From positions 46,431-110,430 of the forward strand of contig NZ_DATMRB010000098.1 in the NCBI RefSeq assembly GCF_035566555.1: a stretch of DNA of 64,000 nucleotides. Reading direction: 5' to 3'. The DNA comes from Collimonas sp. Its GTDB lineage: Bacteria > Pseudomonadota > Gammaproteobacteria > Burkholderiales > Burkholderiaceae_D. A program made the position numbers and the translations under genes. Below are positions 1-9,463 of the stretch, piece after piece. Numbering within the stretch: position 1 is the first letter of the stretch; each line of letters starts with the position of its first letter. The notes under the pieces were generated by a model. It had not been told where the DNA came from. It ran no database searches and saw only the letters and a list, made by a program, of their open reading frames with translations.

Positions 1-641
1 TGTGGATCCGCAGCCACGCAACCGGCCGGCTCCAGCGCCAGCCCCAGATAGCGGCAGCCGGCGGCGGACAGGTTGGCCAGCACGCGCTGCGTCTCCGGCG
101 CCGCCGCGCCGCCCACGGCCTGATTGAGCACGATCCGCAGCTGCTGCAACGCATGCGCGTAATGCAATTGCTTGATGCACGCATAGGCTGCCGTAATCGA
201 TGCTGCCTGTGGCCTCAGCACCACCAGCACGTGGTCGGCCTGCGCCGCCAGCGCCGACAGAGCGCCGTGTTCATCAGGCCTGGCGTCGATCAGGATCACC
301 TGCCCGCGAAAGCAGTCGCGTATATCGGCCTGCGGCGGCCGACCTGGGCCCGCCGGCAGCAGCAATGCGCCGCAACTCATGCGCCCGGCAGCGGCGTCGA
401 TGGACGATGCGCCAGCCGCAACCTGATGCCAGTTGCCGGGCGGCGGCGTGGCTTTGGCGGCGGCCGTGCAGCGCGCCGTCGCCGAGTTCATACCTTCGTG
501 TTCATCCAGCAGCAACACCTCTTGTCCTTGCTGCACCAGCGCTGCCGCCAGATTCATGATCACGCTGGTGACGCCGACCTGATGGCCGCTGCCAATCAGC
601 GCTACCACCCGCGCCGCCTGCTTGCCGGCATGTTGCGCCAT
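1..641 (-). CDS. flhG: FlhG-like MinD/ParA-family protein. The 3' end runs off the window, and the gene is missing from the ORF track because it is open-ended.
   Basis: Hand translation of the reverse strand from ATG 641 gives MAQHAGKQAARVVALIGSGHQVGVTSVIMNLAAALVQQGQEVLLLDEH.., then ..VILIDARP.. and ..HVLVVLRP.., which is a MinD/ParA-like layout. It lies directly downstream of flhF, as flhG does in flhBAFG clusters. Confidence 0.6.
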   Translation of the reverse strand, partial: MAQHAGKQAARVVALIGSGHQVGVTSVIMNLAAALVQQGQEVLLLDEHEGMNSATARCTAAAKATPPPGNWHQVAAGASSIDAAAGRMSCGALLLPAGPGRPPQADIRDCFRGQVILIDARPDEHGALSALAAQADHVLVVLRPQAASITAAYACIKQLHYAHALQQLRIVLNQAVGGAAAPETQRVLANLSAAGCRYLGLALEPAGCVAADP

Positions 642-696
642 CAGGCAGCGCAAACCGTCTGCCTGGTCGCTGACTACCTTGTTCAAAACTGCCTCC

Positions 697-3132
697 TCAC
701 CCTGGCAGCTCGGCCAGGTTAGCTGTCGGCGCCAGGCCAGGTGCGCTTTCTGCATCCAGCGCCAAAGCGTCAAGCAATGTCACCAGCTTGCCGAAGCCCT
801 CAAGCAAAACCGCCGCGGCGGCGGCATTGAATGCACCGGAGCGGATGCGATAGCCGGCCAGTTGCGCCAACATGGCACGCGCCGGTGCGGCCCAAGATTC
901 CTGCCTATGCGCCAGCCGCCAGATAGTCGTGCCTGCCTGCCCCACGGCCAGCAACCGCTTTTGCATGCTGCTGTCGCCCGGCTCCATGCAGGCGCCCAGT
1001 TGCCGGATCGCTTGTTTCTGCATTTTGTAGAATGGCTCTGCCGTCTTCTGCCAGCACGACCAGACGCTCATCTGGGCAGCGCTGACGTCGGCAGGGAGAT
1101 TCGACAACAGCTTGATATCGGCAAGCAGCTTGCCGCTGTGCTGGTCGACGATGCGCACAAACACGCAGCGCAAGCCAGGCAAGGACCGACCATCCTGTCC
1201 CCTGATGCTCAGGACAACATTGCTCTCTGCCAGCGACCGCAGCGCGGCCTTGCCTTTGTAGAGCATCGACTGCTGCGCTCCGAAAACCTGGTGCGAGGCA
1301 AGTTTCGCCAGGGTTGCCGTGGCATCGCCATCAAGCACACGGGCAGTACCGCGAATGCGCGCCAGCCACAGCAATGCGCCCGGCTGCCACGACTGCATCA
1401 GCCGTGCGGACGGCGCCTTGTCGAGCAGATGCACTACAGGTTTGCCGAACTCCTGCTGCTGCAGCCACGCCATCTGCCGCAACAGCGGCGCAGCCAGCGG
1501 CGTGCCACTGGCGGTCGTGGTTGACAGCAACTGATGCGGCGCCGCCAGCGGCACGCCGCTGCGGTCCGACAACAGTACGCCGGTCTGCAGGCAATAAGCA
1601 TCGCCGCTGCGGCTGGCGTGCAGATTGCTGCGGCCGCTGATAGCCAGCACGTAGCTAGCGCATGCAGTCGCGATTTCCGCGCGGGCTTGCTGCAGCAGCG
1701 TTTGTTCCAGCGTCTTGCAGCTGACAGCATCCTCCGCCATATAGCGCCATAATTCACAACTGCCACCGAAACCGATTTCGCCGTTCGCCAGCGCCGCCGC
1801 ATTGGCCGCCAACTCTTCGGCGTCATGCGCCAGCACCCGGATCAGCTGCTGGCATTGGCTGCGCAGACGTTCCGCGGTGACGCTTTGCGCAGCGGCCAGG
1901 GTTGCCGCCGCGGCCAGTTCGCTATCGTTGCCAAGGGCCGCCGGCAGCTCGCCCAGATCGGCTTCGCCCGGAACGAACAGCGCGCTGCGGCTGGCGCTCT
2001 GGAATACGCTCTCGACCAGTTGCAAACGCTGCGCGGTCATCAGGTTCTCCGGCACTTTCTGGCCGGACGATACGTAATGCACCGGCAAGCGATGACGGAT
2101 CACCGTATCCAGCAAAGCGCCCGGATGGGTGGCTTCATCGGTCTTGGTAAAGATACAGCCGGCCAGCTGGTTGCCGCCAGCGCTGTCCTTGTAGGCGTGC
2201 ACCACTTCGTTCAAGGTATCCCCATGGCTGGCGGCGTTCAGCAGCAGCAGGCGCTTGACCGGCCGCCCGGCGCCGCACAGCATGGCGACCTGTTCGGAAA
2301 CGCTGCGGTCGCGCTGGCTCTTGCCGACGGTATCGATCAGCACCATGTGCTTGTCTTGCAAATCGTCCAGCGCCAGCCGCAAATCGGCCGCGTCCTTCAC
2401 CGCATGGACCGAGACGCCGAGAATCTTGCCGTAGATGCGCAACTGCTCGAAGGCGCCGATACGGTAGCTGTCGGTGGTCAGCAAGGCCAGCTTGTCGGCG
2501 CCGAAGCGCATCACGCAGCGTGCCGCCAGCTTGGCGGTGGTGGTGGTCTTGCCAACCCCGGTCGGTCCCATCAAGGCGTAGACACCGCCCTGCTCCATCA
2601 AGGCATCTTCGTCTTCCAGCACAGGCAGCTTGCGCGCCAGCTCGGCCTTGACCCAGGCCATGCCGGAAGCGAAGTTCAGGCCGGTAGGCAAATGATCGAG
2701 CATGGCTTTCGCCAGGCTGGCGCTGAAGCCCGCGCCCAGCAGGGTACGCAGCAAATGGCCACGGACCGGATCGCGCCGCTGCTTGTCGTTCCAGACCAGT
2801 CCCGCCAACTGTTCTTCGATCATGCCCCGCATCGAATGGATTTCGCTGATAACGCTAACTTCGCTCTCTTTGCTGAAGACGGCAGGCTGGCTGGCGTCTG
2901 GCGCCAGCGCCGGCACTTGCGGCGCAAGCAGCGTGGCTGGAGCTGCTGGCGGCATGACGGTCGGCGCGCCATCGCCGGCGGCCATTTCCAGCATGGCGAC
3001 GATTTCTGCGCCGGCGACGGTAGCGCGGCTTGACACAATGATCGCGTCCGGCCCCAGCTGTTCGCGCACCAGGCGCAGGGCTTCACGGCTGGAGGGAGCG
3101 ACGATGGTGATGCGGCTGGTGGGAGTGTTCAA
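697..3132 (-). CDS. flhF: Flagellar biosynthesis GTPase FlhF. It is unusually long (811 aa) because of a ~430-aa C-terminal extension. The start is TTG and overlaps the flhA stop (TTGA).
   Basis: SRP-type GTPase motifs are present: GPTGVGKTTT (G1), TDSYRIGAFEQL, LIDTVGKS (G3) and FTKTDEA (G4). The gene sits between flhA and a MinD-like gene. Confidence 0.9.
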   Translation of the reverse strand: MNTPTSRITIVAPSSREALRLVREQLGPDAIIVSSRATVAGAEIVAMLEMAAGDGAPTVMPPAAPATLLAPQVPALAPDASQPAVFSKESEVSVISEIHSMRGMIEEQLAGLVWNDKQRRDPVRGHLLRTLLGAGFSASLAKAMLDHLPTGLNFASGMAWVKAELARKLPVLEDEDALMEQGGVYALMGPTGVGKTTTTAKLAARCVMRFGADKLALLTTDSYRIGAFEQLRIYGKILGVSVHAVKDAADLRLALDDLQDKHMVLIDTVGKSQRDRSVSEQVAMLCGAGRPVKRLLLLNAASHGDTLNEVVHAYKDSAGGNQLAGCIFTKTDEATHPGALLDTVIRHRLPVHYVSSGQKVPENLMTAQRLQLVESVFQSASRSALFVPGEADLGELPAALGNDSELAAAATLAAAQSVTAERLRSQCQQLIRVLAHDAEELAANAAALANGEIGFGGSCELWRYMAEDAVSCKTLEQTLLQQARAEIATACASYVLAISGRSNLHASRSGDAYCLQTGVLLSDRSGVPLAAPHQLLSTTTASGTPLAAPLLRQMAWLQQQEFGKPVVHLLDKAPSARLMQSWQPGALLWLARIRGTARVLDGDATATLAKLASHQVFGAQQSMLYKGKAALRSLAESNVVLSIRGQDGRSLPGLRCVFVRIVDQHSGKLLADIKLLSNLPADVSAAQMSVWSCWQKTAEPFYKMQKQAIRQLGACMEPGDSSMQKRLLAVGQAGTTIWRLAHRQESWAAPARAMLAQLAGYRIRSGAFNAAAAAVLLEGFGKLVTLLDALALDAESAPGLAPTANLAELPG

Positions 3133-5234
3133 GCCTTGCCTCCGATTGTGGCGGTTACTTTGATATTGCGTGTGTCAGGGATTTCGGCATGCGACAGCAC
3201 TTTGAGCTGCGGCAGGCTGCGCCGCAGGAAGCGCGCCAGCAGCACCCGCAGCGGATGCTGCACCACCAGCACCGGCGCCAGGCCGAACTGTTCCTGGCGC
3301 GCGATCGCAGTCTGGGTCTGCGTCAGCAAGCTGTCGGCCAGGCCGGGCTCGAGGCCGCTACCGTTGGTCAGCGCCTGCAGCAGCACCCGGTCCAGCGAAC
3401 CATCGAGGCCGATCACCTGCAGCTCGCCGTTGCCGGGAAATAGCTGCTGCGTGATGGCCCGGCCCAGCGCCAGGCGCACCAGCGAAGTCAGTTCGCCAGC
3501 ATCGCTGACCGCCGCGCCGTGCTCCACCAGCACATCCAGGATGGTCCGCATGTCGCGGATCGAGACGTCTTCATCCAGCAGGTTCTGCAAGACCTTCTGC
3601 AGCGTGGTCAACGACAGGATCTTCGGTACCAGGTCTTCGATCAGCTTGGGCGTTTCCTTGCCTACCCGGTCCAGCAGCTGCTGCACTTCCTGGCGTCCCA
3701 GCAATTCAGCCGAATGGATATGGATCAGATGGTTCAGGTGAGTGGCGATCACGGTGCTGGCATCGACCACGGTGTAGCCGTAGATCTGGGCCTGCTCGCG
3801 CATGGCGTTGTCGATCCAGAATGCCGGCAGGCCAAAGGCCGGATCCGTGGTCTGCGTGCCGGGCAAGACGGCGCTGACCTGGCCCGGGTTGATTGCCATC
3901 CACTGTCCCGGCCAGGCTTCGCCGCTGGCGATTTCGACGCCCTTGAGCGTGATCACGTAGGAATTCGGCTTGAGCTCCAGGTTGTCGCGGATATGCACCA
4001 CCGGCACCAGGAAGCCGATGTCCTGGGCGAACTTCTTGCGGATGCTTTTGATGCGTCCCAGCAGCTCGCCGTTCTGGCTGCGGTCAACCAGCGAAATCAG
4101 GCGGTAGCCGACTTCCAGGCCGAGCGGATCGACCAGCGCCACGTCGTCCCAGCTGGCGTCGGCAGGTTCCGCGGCGGCAGCGGAAGGCGGCGGCGCCTTG
4201 GCGGCATATTCCGCCGCCGCTGTCTTTTGCAGCAAGCGCCGTCCCAGATACACCAGGCCGCCGGCAATGATCAGGAAAGCCACATGAGGCATGCCCGGCA
4301 CCAGTCCCATCAGGCCAATGATGCCGGCAGTCAGGAACAGCACCTGCGGATTGGAAAACAGCTGTCCCATCAGCTGCTGGCCGACATCTTCGTCGGTCGT
4401 CACGCGCGAAACGATGACGCCGGCGGCGGTAGAAATCACCAGCGCCGGGATCTGCGCCACCAGGCCGTCGCCGATGGTCAGCAAGGTATAGTTCTTGGCA
4501 GCTACCGAAATATCCAGGCCATGCTGAGCGACGCCGACGATCAGGCCGCCGACCACGTTGATCACCATGATCAGCAAGCCGGCCACGGCATCGCCACGGA
4601 CGAACTTGCTGGCGCCGTCCATGGAGCCGTAGAAGTCGGCTTCCTGCGCCACTTCCGCGCGGCGCTTGCGCGCCACATCCTCGCCGATGAGGCCGGCATT
4701 GAGGTCGGCATCGATCGCCATCTGCTTGCCCGGCATCGCATCCAGCGTGAAGCGGGCGCCAACTTCGGCGATGCGGCCGGCGCCCTTGGTGATGACCATG
4801 AAATTGATCACTACCAGGATCACGAACACCACGATGCCGACTGCAAAGTTGCCGCCCACCAGGAAGTGGCCGAAGGCTTCGATCACCTTGCCGGCGGCGT
4901 CCGGCCCGGTATGTCCTTCCAGCAGCACCACGCGGGTGGAAGCGACATTGAGCGACAGGCGCAGCAAGGTAGAAAACAGCAGCACTGCCGGAAAGGCGGC
5001 GAAATCCAGCGCTTTCATGGTGTACATGCTGACCAGCAGCACCATCACCGAGAGCGCGATGTTGAAGGTAAACAACAGGTCGAGCAGGAATGGCGGCAAG
5101 GGCAGGATCATCATGCCGAGAATCATGATGATCAGCACCGGGCCGGCCATCCCCTTGACGCTATTGCCCGCCAATACGGCTGCCGCCATGCGCGGCAAGG
5201 AACTGATGGAAAAAGTCGAACCGGACGGCTTCAT
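3129..5234 (-). CDS. flhA: Flagellar type III export gate protein FlhA
   Basis: 701 aa. N-terminal multi-TM region (..FLLDLLFTFNIALSVMVLLVSMY..), conserved GDGLVAQIPALVISTAAG segment and a large cytoplasmic C-domain. ATGA overlap with flhB. Confidence 0.95.
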   Translation of the reverse strand: MKPSGSTFSISSLPRMAAAVLAGNSVKGMAGPVLIIMILGMMILPLPPFLLDLLFTFNIALSVMVLLVSMYTMKALDFAAFPAVLLFSTLLRLSLNVASTRVVLLEGHTGPDAAGKVIEAFGHFLVGGNFAVGIVVFVILVVINFMVITKGAGRIAEVGARFTLDAMPGKQMAIDADLNAGLIGEDVARKRRAEVAQEADFYGSMDGASKFVRGDAVAGLLIMVINVVGGLIVGVAQHGLDISVAAKNYTLLTIGDGLVAQIPALVISTAAGVIVSRVTTDEDVGQQLMGQLFSNPQVLFLTAGIIGLMGLVPGMPHVAFLIIAGGLVYLGRRLLQKTAAAEYAAKAPPPSAAAAEPADASWDDVALVDPLGLEVGYRLISLVDRSQNGELLGRIKSIRKKFAQDIGFLVPVVHIRDNLELKPNSYVITLKGVEIASGEAWPGQWMAINPGQVSAVLPGTQTTDPAFGLPAFWIDNAMREQAQIYGYTVVDASTVIATHLNHLIHIHSAELLGRQEVQQLLDRVGKETPKLIEDLVPKILSLTTLQKVLQNLLDEDVSIRDMRTILDVLVEHGAAVSDAGELTSLVRLALGRAITQQLFPGNGELQVIGLDGSLDRVLLQALTNGSGLEPGLADSLLTQTQTAIARQEQFGLAPVLVVQHPLRVLLARFLRRSLPQLKVLSHAEIPDTRNIKVTATIGGKA

Positions 5235-6373
5235 GCCGGGCTTCCTAAGGAGTCAAGTGAATCGGGAACCGGCAGGTCAGCCGGCGTACGTGGCGCGATA
5301 CCACCTTCATTGCGCCAGCGCTGCAGCTGGTAAACCCAGGCCAGCACCTCGGCCACCGCGGTATACAGGGCGGCAGGGATTTCTTCGCCAAGGCTGGTAT
5401 GGCGATACAAGGCGCGCGTCAACGGCGGCGCCTCCAGCATCGGGATCTTGTGTTCGGCGCCGATGGCGCGGATGCGCAGCGCCACCAGATCGGTACCCTT
5501 GGCTACTACCCGCGGGGCGCGCATTTCCTTGTCGCTGTACTTGAGGGCGACCGCAAAGTGGGTCGGATTGGTGACCACCACGTCGGCAGTTGCCACGTCG
5601 GCCATCATGCGCCGCCGCGCCATCTGTTGCTGCTGACGCCGGATCAGGCCCTTGACGTGAGGATCGCCTTCGCTTTCCTTGTGCTCCTGCTTCAGCTCTT
5701 CGCGCGTCATGCGCAGCTTGCGATAATAACTCCACAACTGATACGGCACATCGATGGCGGCGACCAGCAGCAGCGAGGCGATCATCAGCGCGCAGCAATG
5801 CGCCACCAGGCGCACCGCATGGGCCAGTGCGCCATGCAGCGGCTCGGTCAGCAATCCCAGCAAGATATCCATGTCGGTCGCCATGACCCAGTAAGCGACG
5901 CCGCCGACCAGCAGCGATTTGGCGCATGCCTTGAACAGTTCGGCCAGCGACTGGCTGGAAAAGATGCGGGCGATACCGCTGGCAGGGTTCAGTTTTGAAA
6001 ATTTCGGCGCCAGCGACTGTGTGGAAAACAGCCAGCCACCCAGCATCAGCGGCGCCGCCAGGGCCGCCAGCGCCAGCATTGCCAGCAAGGGCAGCAAGGC
6101 CAGCAGCGCTTGCTGTGCAGCGGCGGCGGCCTGAGTCAGCATGAAAGAAGTGTCGAAACCGGCGGCACGCTCGAATTGCATGCCGTTGCGCAGAGCGTGG
6201 CCGAGGCGCTCCGCCATCGGCACCGCTGTCAGCCACAGGCCGGCGATGCCGGTGCTCAGCATGACAAAGGTGCTCAATTCTCGCGAACGCGCTACCTGGC
6301 CTTCTTCGCGCGCCTTTTCCAGGCGCCGGGGAGAACCGGGTTCCGTTTTTTCGAGATCGCTTTCTTCCGCCAT
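5231..6373 (-). CDS. flhB: Flagellar export switch protein FlhB
   Basis: 380 aa. N-terminus is MAEESDLEKTEPGSPRRLEKAREEGQVARSRELS. The NPTH autocleavage motif is present (VVVTNPTHFAVAL). Confidence 0.95.
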   Translation of the reverse strand: MAEESDLEKTEPGSPRRLEKAREEGQVARSRELSTFVMLSTGIAGLWLTAVPMAERLGHALRNGMQFERAAGFDTSFMLTQAAAAAQQALLALLPLLAMLALAALAAPLMLGGWLFSTQSLAPKFSKLNPASGIARIFSSQSLAELFKACAKSLLVGGVAYWVMATDMDILLGLLTEPLHGALAHAVRLVAHCCALMIASLLLVAAIDVPYQLWSYYRKLRMTREELKQEHKESEGDPHVKGLIRRQQQQMARRRMMADVATADVVVTNPTHFAVALKYSDKEMRAPRVVAKGTDLVALRIRAIGAEHKIPMLEAPPLTRALYRHTSLGEEIPAALYTAVAEVLAWVYQLQRWRNEGGIAPRTPADLPVPDSLDSLGSPA

Positions 6374-6558
6374 GCATGCTCCGAACCAAAAGGGACGAAT
6401 AGCGCCCTATCAGTAGGGATTATTGATGCAAGGGAGCGGAAGCAATCGGCCAAACAAGGCAGGGATAGGGGTGCTGCTTCGGCAATCGGCAACGCATGCC
6501 GATCTGCCGGCAGGATACCGGCAGCAGGCCGCAATCCAGGCGGCGGCCTGTTTTTTGC

Positions 6559-7200
6559 TCAGAAACCCAGGCTGGACAACAGGTCGTCAACTTGCTCCTG
6601 GTCAGAAACGGCATCCGGATTCTCATCCGCCTTCATCTGCGGACCGTTCAGCAGGCCGTTGCCGTCGCTGCGTTTTTCCAGCGGCGTGTTGTCGATCAAT
6701 ACCTGCAGCAGCTGCTTTTCCATTTCCTGCACGACTTCCATCATCTTCTTGATGACCTGGCCGGTCAGATCCTGAAAATCCTGCGCCATCATGATTTCTA
6801 TCAGTTGCTCATTGATGGCGGAGGCCTGCTTCGGTACATCTTTCAGGTAGTTGCGGGTGTCCAGCACCAGCACGCGGGCGTCGTCCAGCTCTACCGGGCT
6901 GACAAACCATTCATCCCAGCGCTGGTTCAGCGTCTTGGCTTGCTTGCTCAGTTTTTCCTGGATCGGCTGGGCGACATCGATCGCGTTCAAGGCCCGTTCC
7001 GCTGCGCGTTCAGTCATCGCCGCAACATAGTTGAGACGGTCGCGCGCATCCGGGATCGCCTGCGCTGCCTTGGCGATTTCCTGGTCCAGTCCCAGTTCGC
7101 GCACGCTTTCCCGCAGCAGACGGGTCAGGTGGCCGATACGGTTGACCAGCTGTTCGGCGGAATCCCCGGCCGGCGGCATCTGCAGGGCGTGGACGCTCAT
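6559..7200 (-). CDS. cheZ: CheY-P phosphatase CheZ
   Basis: Contains QDFQDLTGQVIKK (catalytic Gln region) and an acidic C-terminal CheY-binding tail, ..DQEQVDDLLSSLGF. I chose the ATG at 7200 (MSVHALQ..), 1 nt after the cheY stop. The track's start at 7284 would overlap cheY. Confidence 0.9.
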   Translation of the reverse strand: MSVHALQMPPAGDSAEQLVNRIGHLTRLLRESVRELGLDQEIAKAAQAIPDARDRLNYVAAMTERAAERALNAIDVAQPIQEKLSKQAKTLNQRWDEWFVSPVELDDARVLVLDTRNYLKDVPKQASAINEQLIEIMMAQDFQDLTGQVIKKMMEVVQEMEKQLLQVLIDNTPLEKRSDGNGLLNGPQMKADENPDAVSDQEQVDDLLSSLGF

Positions 7201-7201
7201 C

Positions 7202-7600
7202 TCAGGCGCTCTCTTTCGCAATTTTCTCGAATATCTTGGTGATCTTTTCCTCCAGCGTGGCAGCGGTAAACGGCTTGACCACATAGCCGTTGGCGCCGGC
7301 CTGGGCGGCAGCGATGATGTTTTCCTTCTTGGCTTCGGCCGTCACCATCAGCACCGGCAGCCTGGCCAGGGCCGGGTCGGCGCGTATCGTTTGCAGCATG
7401 GTCAGGCCGTCCATGTTCGGCATGTTCCAGTCCGACACCACGAAGCCGAAATTGCCGTCCTTGAGCTTGGCCAGGCCGGCGGCGCCGTCTTCGGCTTCGT
7501 CGACATTGACGAAGTCCAGCTCTTTCAACAGATTCCGCACAATCCGCCGCATGGTAGGAAAATCGTCCACGACCAGGATTTTGATGCTTTTATCAACCAT
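7202..7600 (-). CDS. cheY: Chemotaxis response regulator CheY
   Basis: 132-aa single receiver domain: [25 protein letters not shown]. Confidence 0.95.
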   Translation of the reverse strand: MVDKSIKILVVDDFPTMRRIVRNLLKELDFVNVDEAEDGAAGLAKLKDGNFGFVVSDWNMPNMDGLTMLQTIRADPALARLPVLMVTAEAKKENIIAAAQAGANGYVVKPFTAATLEEKITKIFEKIAKESA

Positions 7601-7676
7601 GATTACTCCACACTATGAATAGGGCCTGTCAGTACAACCGCAATGGATCTGCAAAAACACAGGCTGCTTTCCTTGT

Positions 7677-7703
7677 ATAACGGCATAGTTGCAAGAAAAT
7701 TTA
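7677..7703 (-). promoter_or_regulatory. Candidate sigma-28 (FliA)-type promoter upstream of cheY-cheZ
   Basis: The reverse strand reads TAAA-ttttcttgcaactat-GCCGTTAT. This is TAAA-N15 followed by a 6/8 match to the GCCGATAA consensus. It lies in the 105-nt cheB-cheY gap, 76 nt before the cheY ATG. Confidence 0.4.
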
Positions 7704-7705
7704 GG

Positions 7706-8794
7706 CTAGACCCGGTTCGAGCGTTCGCCGAAAGACATCAGGCGCGCCATCACGCGCTGGCTCATCTCGCTCAGGCTGGCGATTTCGCTGGCGGCACCCA
7801 GCGCAATCGCTTCGCGCGGCATGCCGAACACCACGCAGCTGGCTTCGTCTTGCGCCAGGGTGTAGGCGCCGGCCTGGCGCAAACGCAGCATGCCGGCCGC
7901 ACCGTCGCGCCCCATGCCGGTCAGGATCACGCCGATGGCGTTCTTGCCGGCGTGCCGGGCGACCGAATCGAACAGCACATCGATCGACGGCCGGTGGCGG
8001 TTGACCGGCGCCTCCTGGTCGAGCTGGGCGACATAATTGGCGCCGCTGCGCGCCAGCGACAGATGAAAACCGCCGGGCGCGATGTAGGCGTGGCCGGGCA
8101 GCACCCGCTCGCCATGCTCCGCTTCCTTGACCGTGATGCGGCACAGGCCGTCCAGGCGTTGCGCAAAGGAGCGGGTAAAGCCGGGCGGCATATGCTGGGC
8201 GATCATGATGCCGGGGCTGTCCGGCGGCAAAGGCTGCAGTACTTCCCGTATTGCTTCGGTGCCGCCGGTGGAGGCGCCGATGATGATCAGTTTTTCGGTG
8301 CTCAGCAGCGGACTGCGCAACATCGGCGCTAGCGCGCCGCCAGCGGCAGCGCCGGCATCGGTTCCGTGCTTGCGCACGGGTTGCAGGCGCGCACGCGAGG
8401 CGGCGCGGATCTTGTCGGCGATCAGGTCGGTGTATTCCAGCAAGCCTTCGCGGATGCCTAGCTTCGGCTTGGTGACGAAATCGACCGCTCCCAGCTCCAG
8501 CGCCCGCAGCGTGATTTCCGAGCCGCGCTCGGTCAGCGATGACACCATCAGCACCGGCATCGGCCGCAGGCGCATCAGCTTTTCCAGGAAATCCAGGCCA
8601 TCCATGCGCGGCATTTCGACATCCAGCGTCAGTACGTCCGGATTAAGCTGCTTGATCAGATCGCGCGCCACCAGCGGATCCGGCGCCGTCGCCACCACCG
8701 TCATGTCGGGCTGGCTATTGATGATTTCTGTCATCAGGCTGCGTATCAGTGCGGAGTCGTCCACGCACAGTACTTTTATTTTCTTATCGCTCAT
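7706..8794 (-). CDS. cheB: Chemotaxis methylesterase/deamidase CheB
   Basis: N-terminal receiver domain ([16 protein letters not shown]) plus a methylesterase domain ([25 protein letters not shown]). Confidence 0.95.
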   Translation of the reverse strand: MSDKKIKVLCVDDSALIRSLMTEIINSQPDMTVVATAPDPLVARDLIKQLNPDVLTLDVEMPRMDGLDFLEKLMRLRPMPVLMVSSLTERGSEITLRALELGAVDFVTKPKLGIREGLLEYTDLIADKIRAASRARLQPVRKHGTDAGAAAGGALAPMLRSPLLSTEKLIIIGASTGGTEAIREVLQPLPPDSPGIMIAQHMPPGFTRSFAQRLDGLCRITVKEAEHGERVLPGHAYIAPGGFHLSLARSGANYVAQLDQEAPVNRHRPSIDVLFDSVARHAGKNAIGVILTGMGRDGAAGMLRLRQAGAYTLAQDEASCVVFGMPREAIALGAASEIASLSEMSQRVMARLMSFGERSNRV

Positions 8795-8809
8795 GCGCTT
8801 TCCCCATGT

Positions 8810-9463
8810 TCAGCTACCTTGTTGCGCGGTCTTCTTACGAACCGGCGTATCGAATAATTCCACCTTGTTGCGTATCGGCTGCTGCGCCAGGGTCTGCACC
8901 AGCTGCTGTTCGTCGCGCCGGACCTGGGCGGCGTCGTTGATCCGATGCAGTTTGCGCACCATGACCTTGCCGCTGCGCGGGAAATAACTGACGCGGCGCG
9001 GCAGCTCGCCACGCAGGTCCTGCGCCGCCACCCTGACCTGCTCCAGCTGCAGATAGCGCAACACAAAGTCGGCATTGCGGTCGCCGATATTCAGCATCGT
9101 CATGTTGGCCAGCACGGCGCCGCCGCCGAACACCTTGGCTTCCAGGCGTTCGCGGCGGGCGCCGGCCTTGAACAATTCATTGAGCAGCATTTCCATCGCA
9201 TAGGCGCCGTAGCGCATGGAAGCCGAAGCCGCTGCGCTGCCGCCGTTGCTGCCGTCGTCCGGCAGCATGAAATGATTCATGCCGCCCACGCCCGCGACGC
9301 TGTCGCGCACGCAAGCCGCCACGCAAGAACCGAGCACGGTGCTCAGCACCATATCCGCGGCCGTCACGTAGTATTCATTCGGCAGCAGCTTGACTGCGGC
9401 ACTGTCGAATTCGCGGTCGAAATAATGATGCGTCGCCAGCGATTCTTCCGCGCTCGAAATCAT
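8810..9463 (-). CDS. cheD: Chemoreceptor glutamine deamidase CheD
   Basis: [19 protein letters not shown]...[15 protein letters not shown]...MNHFMLP. The ATG at 9463 overlaps the cheR stop (ATGA). The track's start at 9697 lies inside cheR. Confidence 0.9.
   Translation of the reverse strand: MISSAEESLATHHYFDREFDSAAVKLLPNEYYVTAADMVLSTVLGSCVAACVRDSVAGVGGMNHFMLPDDGSNGGSAAASASMRYGAYAMEMLLNELFKAGARRERLEAKVFGGGAVLANMTMLNIGDRNADFVLRYLQLEQVRVAAQDLRGELPRRVSYFPRSGKVMVRKLHRINDAAQVRRDEQQLVQTLAQQPIRNKVELFDTPVRKKTAQQGS

Noticed and set aside
153-722. Plus-strand ORFs at the window start (153-722, 200-559).
   Set aside because: Their products are Arg/Pro-rich nonsense. The opposite strand encodes a coherent MinD/ParA-like protein in the expected flhG position.
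6559-7284. N-terminally extended versions of many track ORFs: cheZ 7284, cheD 9697, cheR 10362, ohrR 17654, VOC 21352, DUF1801 21988, ArsR 22693, gshA 24716, holC 28302, cytochrome c 36141, SBP2 53592, addA 59666, addB 62446 and trxA 62661.
   Set aside because: The extensions overlap upstream genes or are Arg-rich, low-information sequence. Internal starts match the homologous N-termini and have Shine-Dalgarno sequences or stop/start overlaps.
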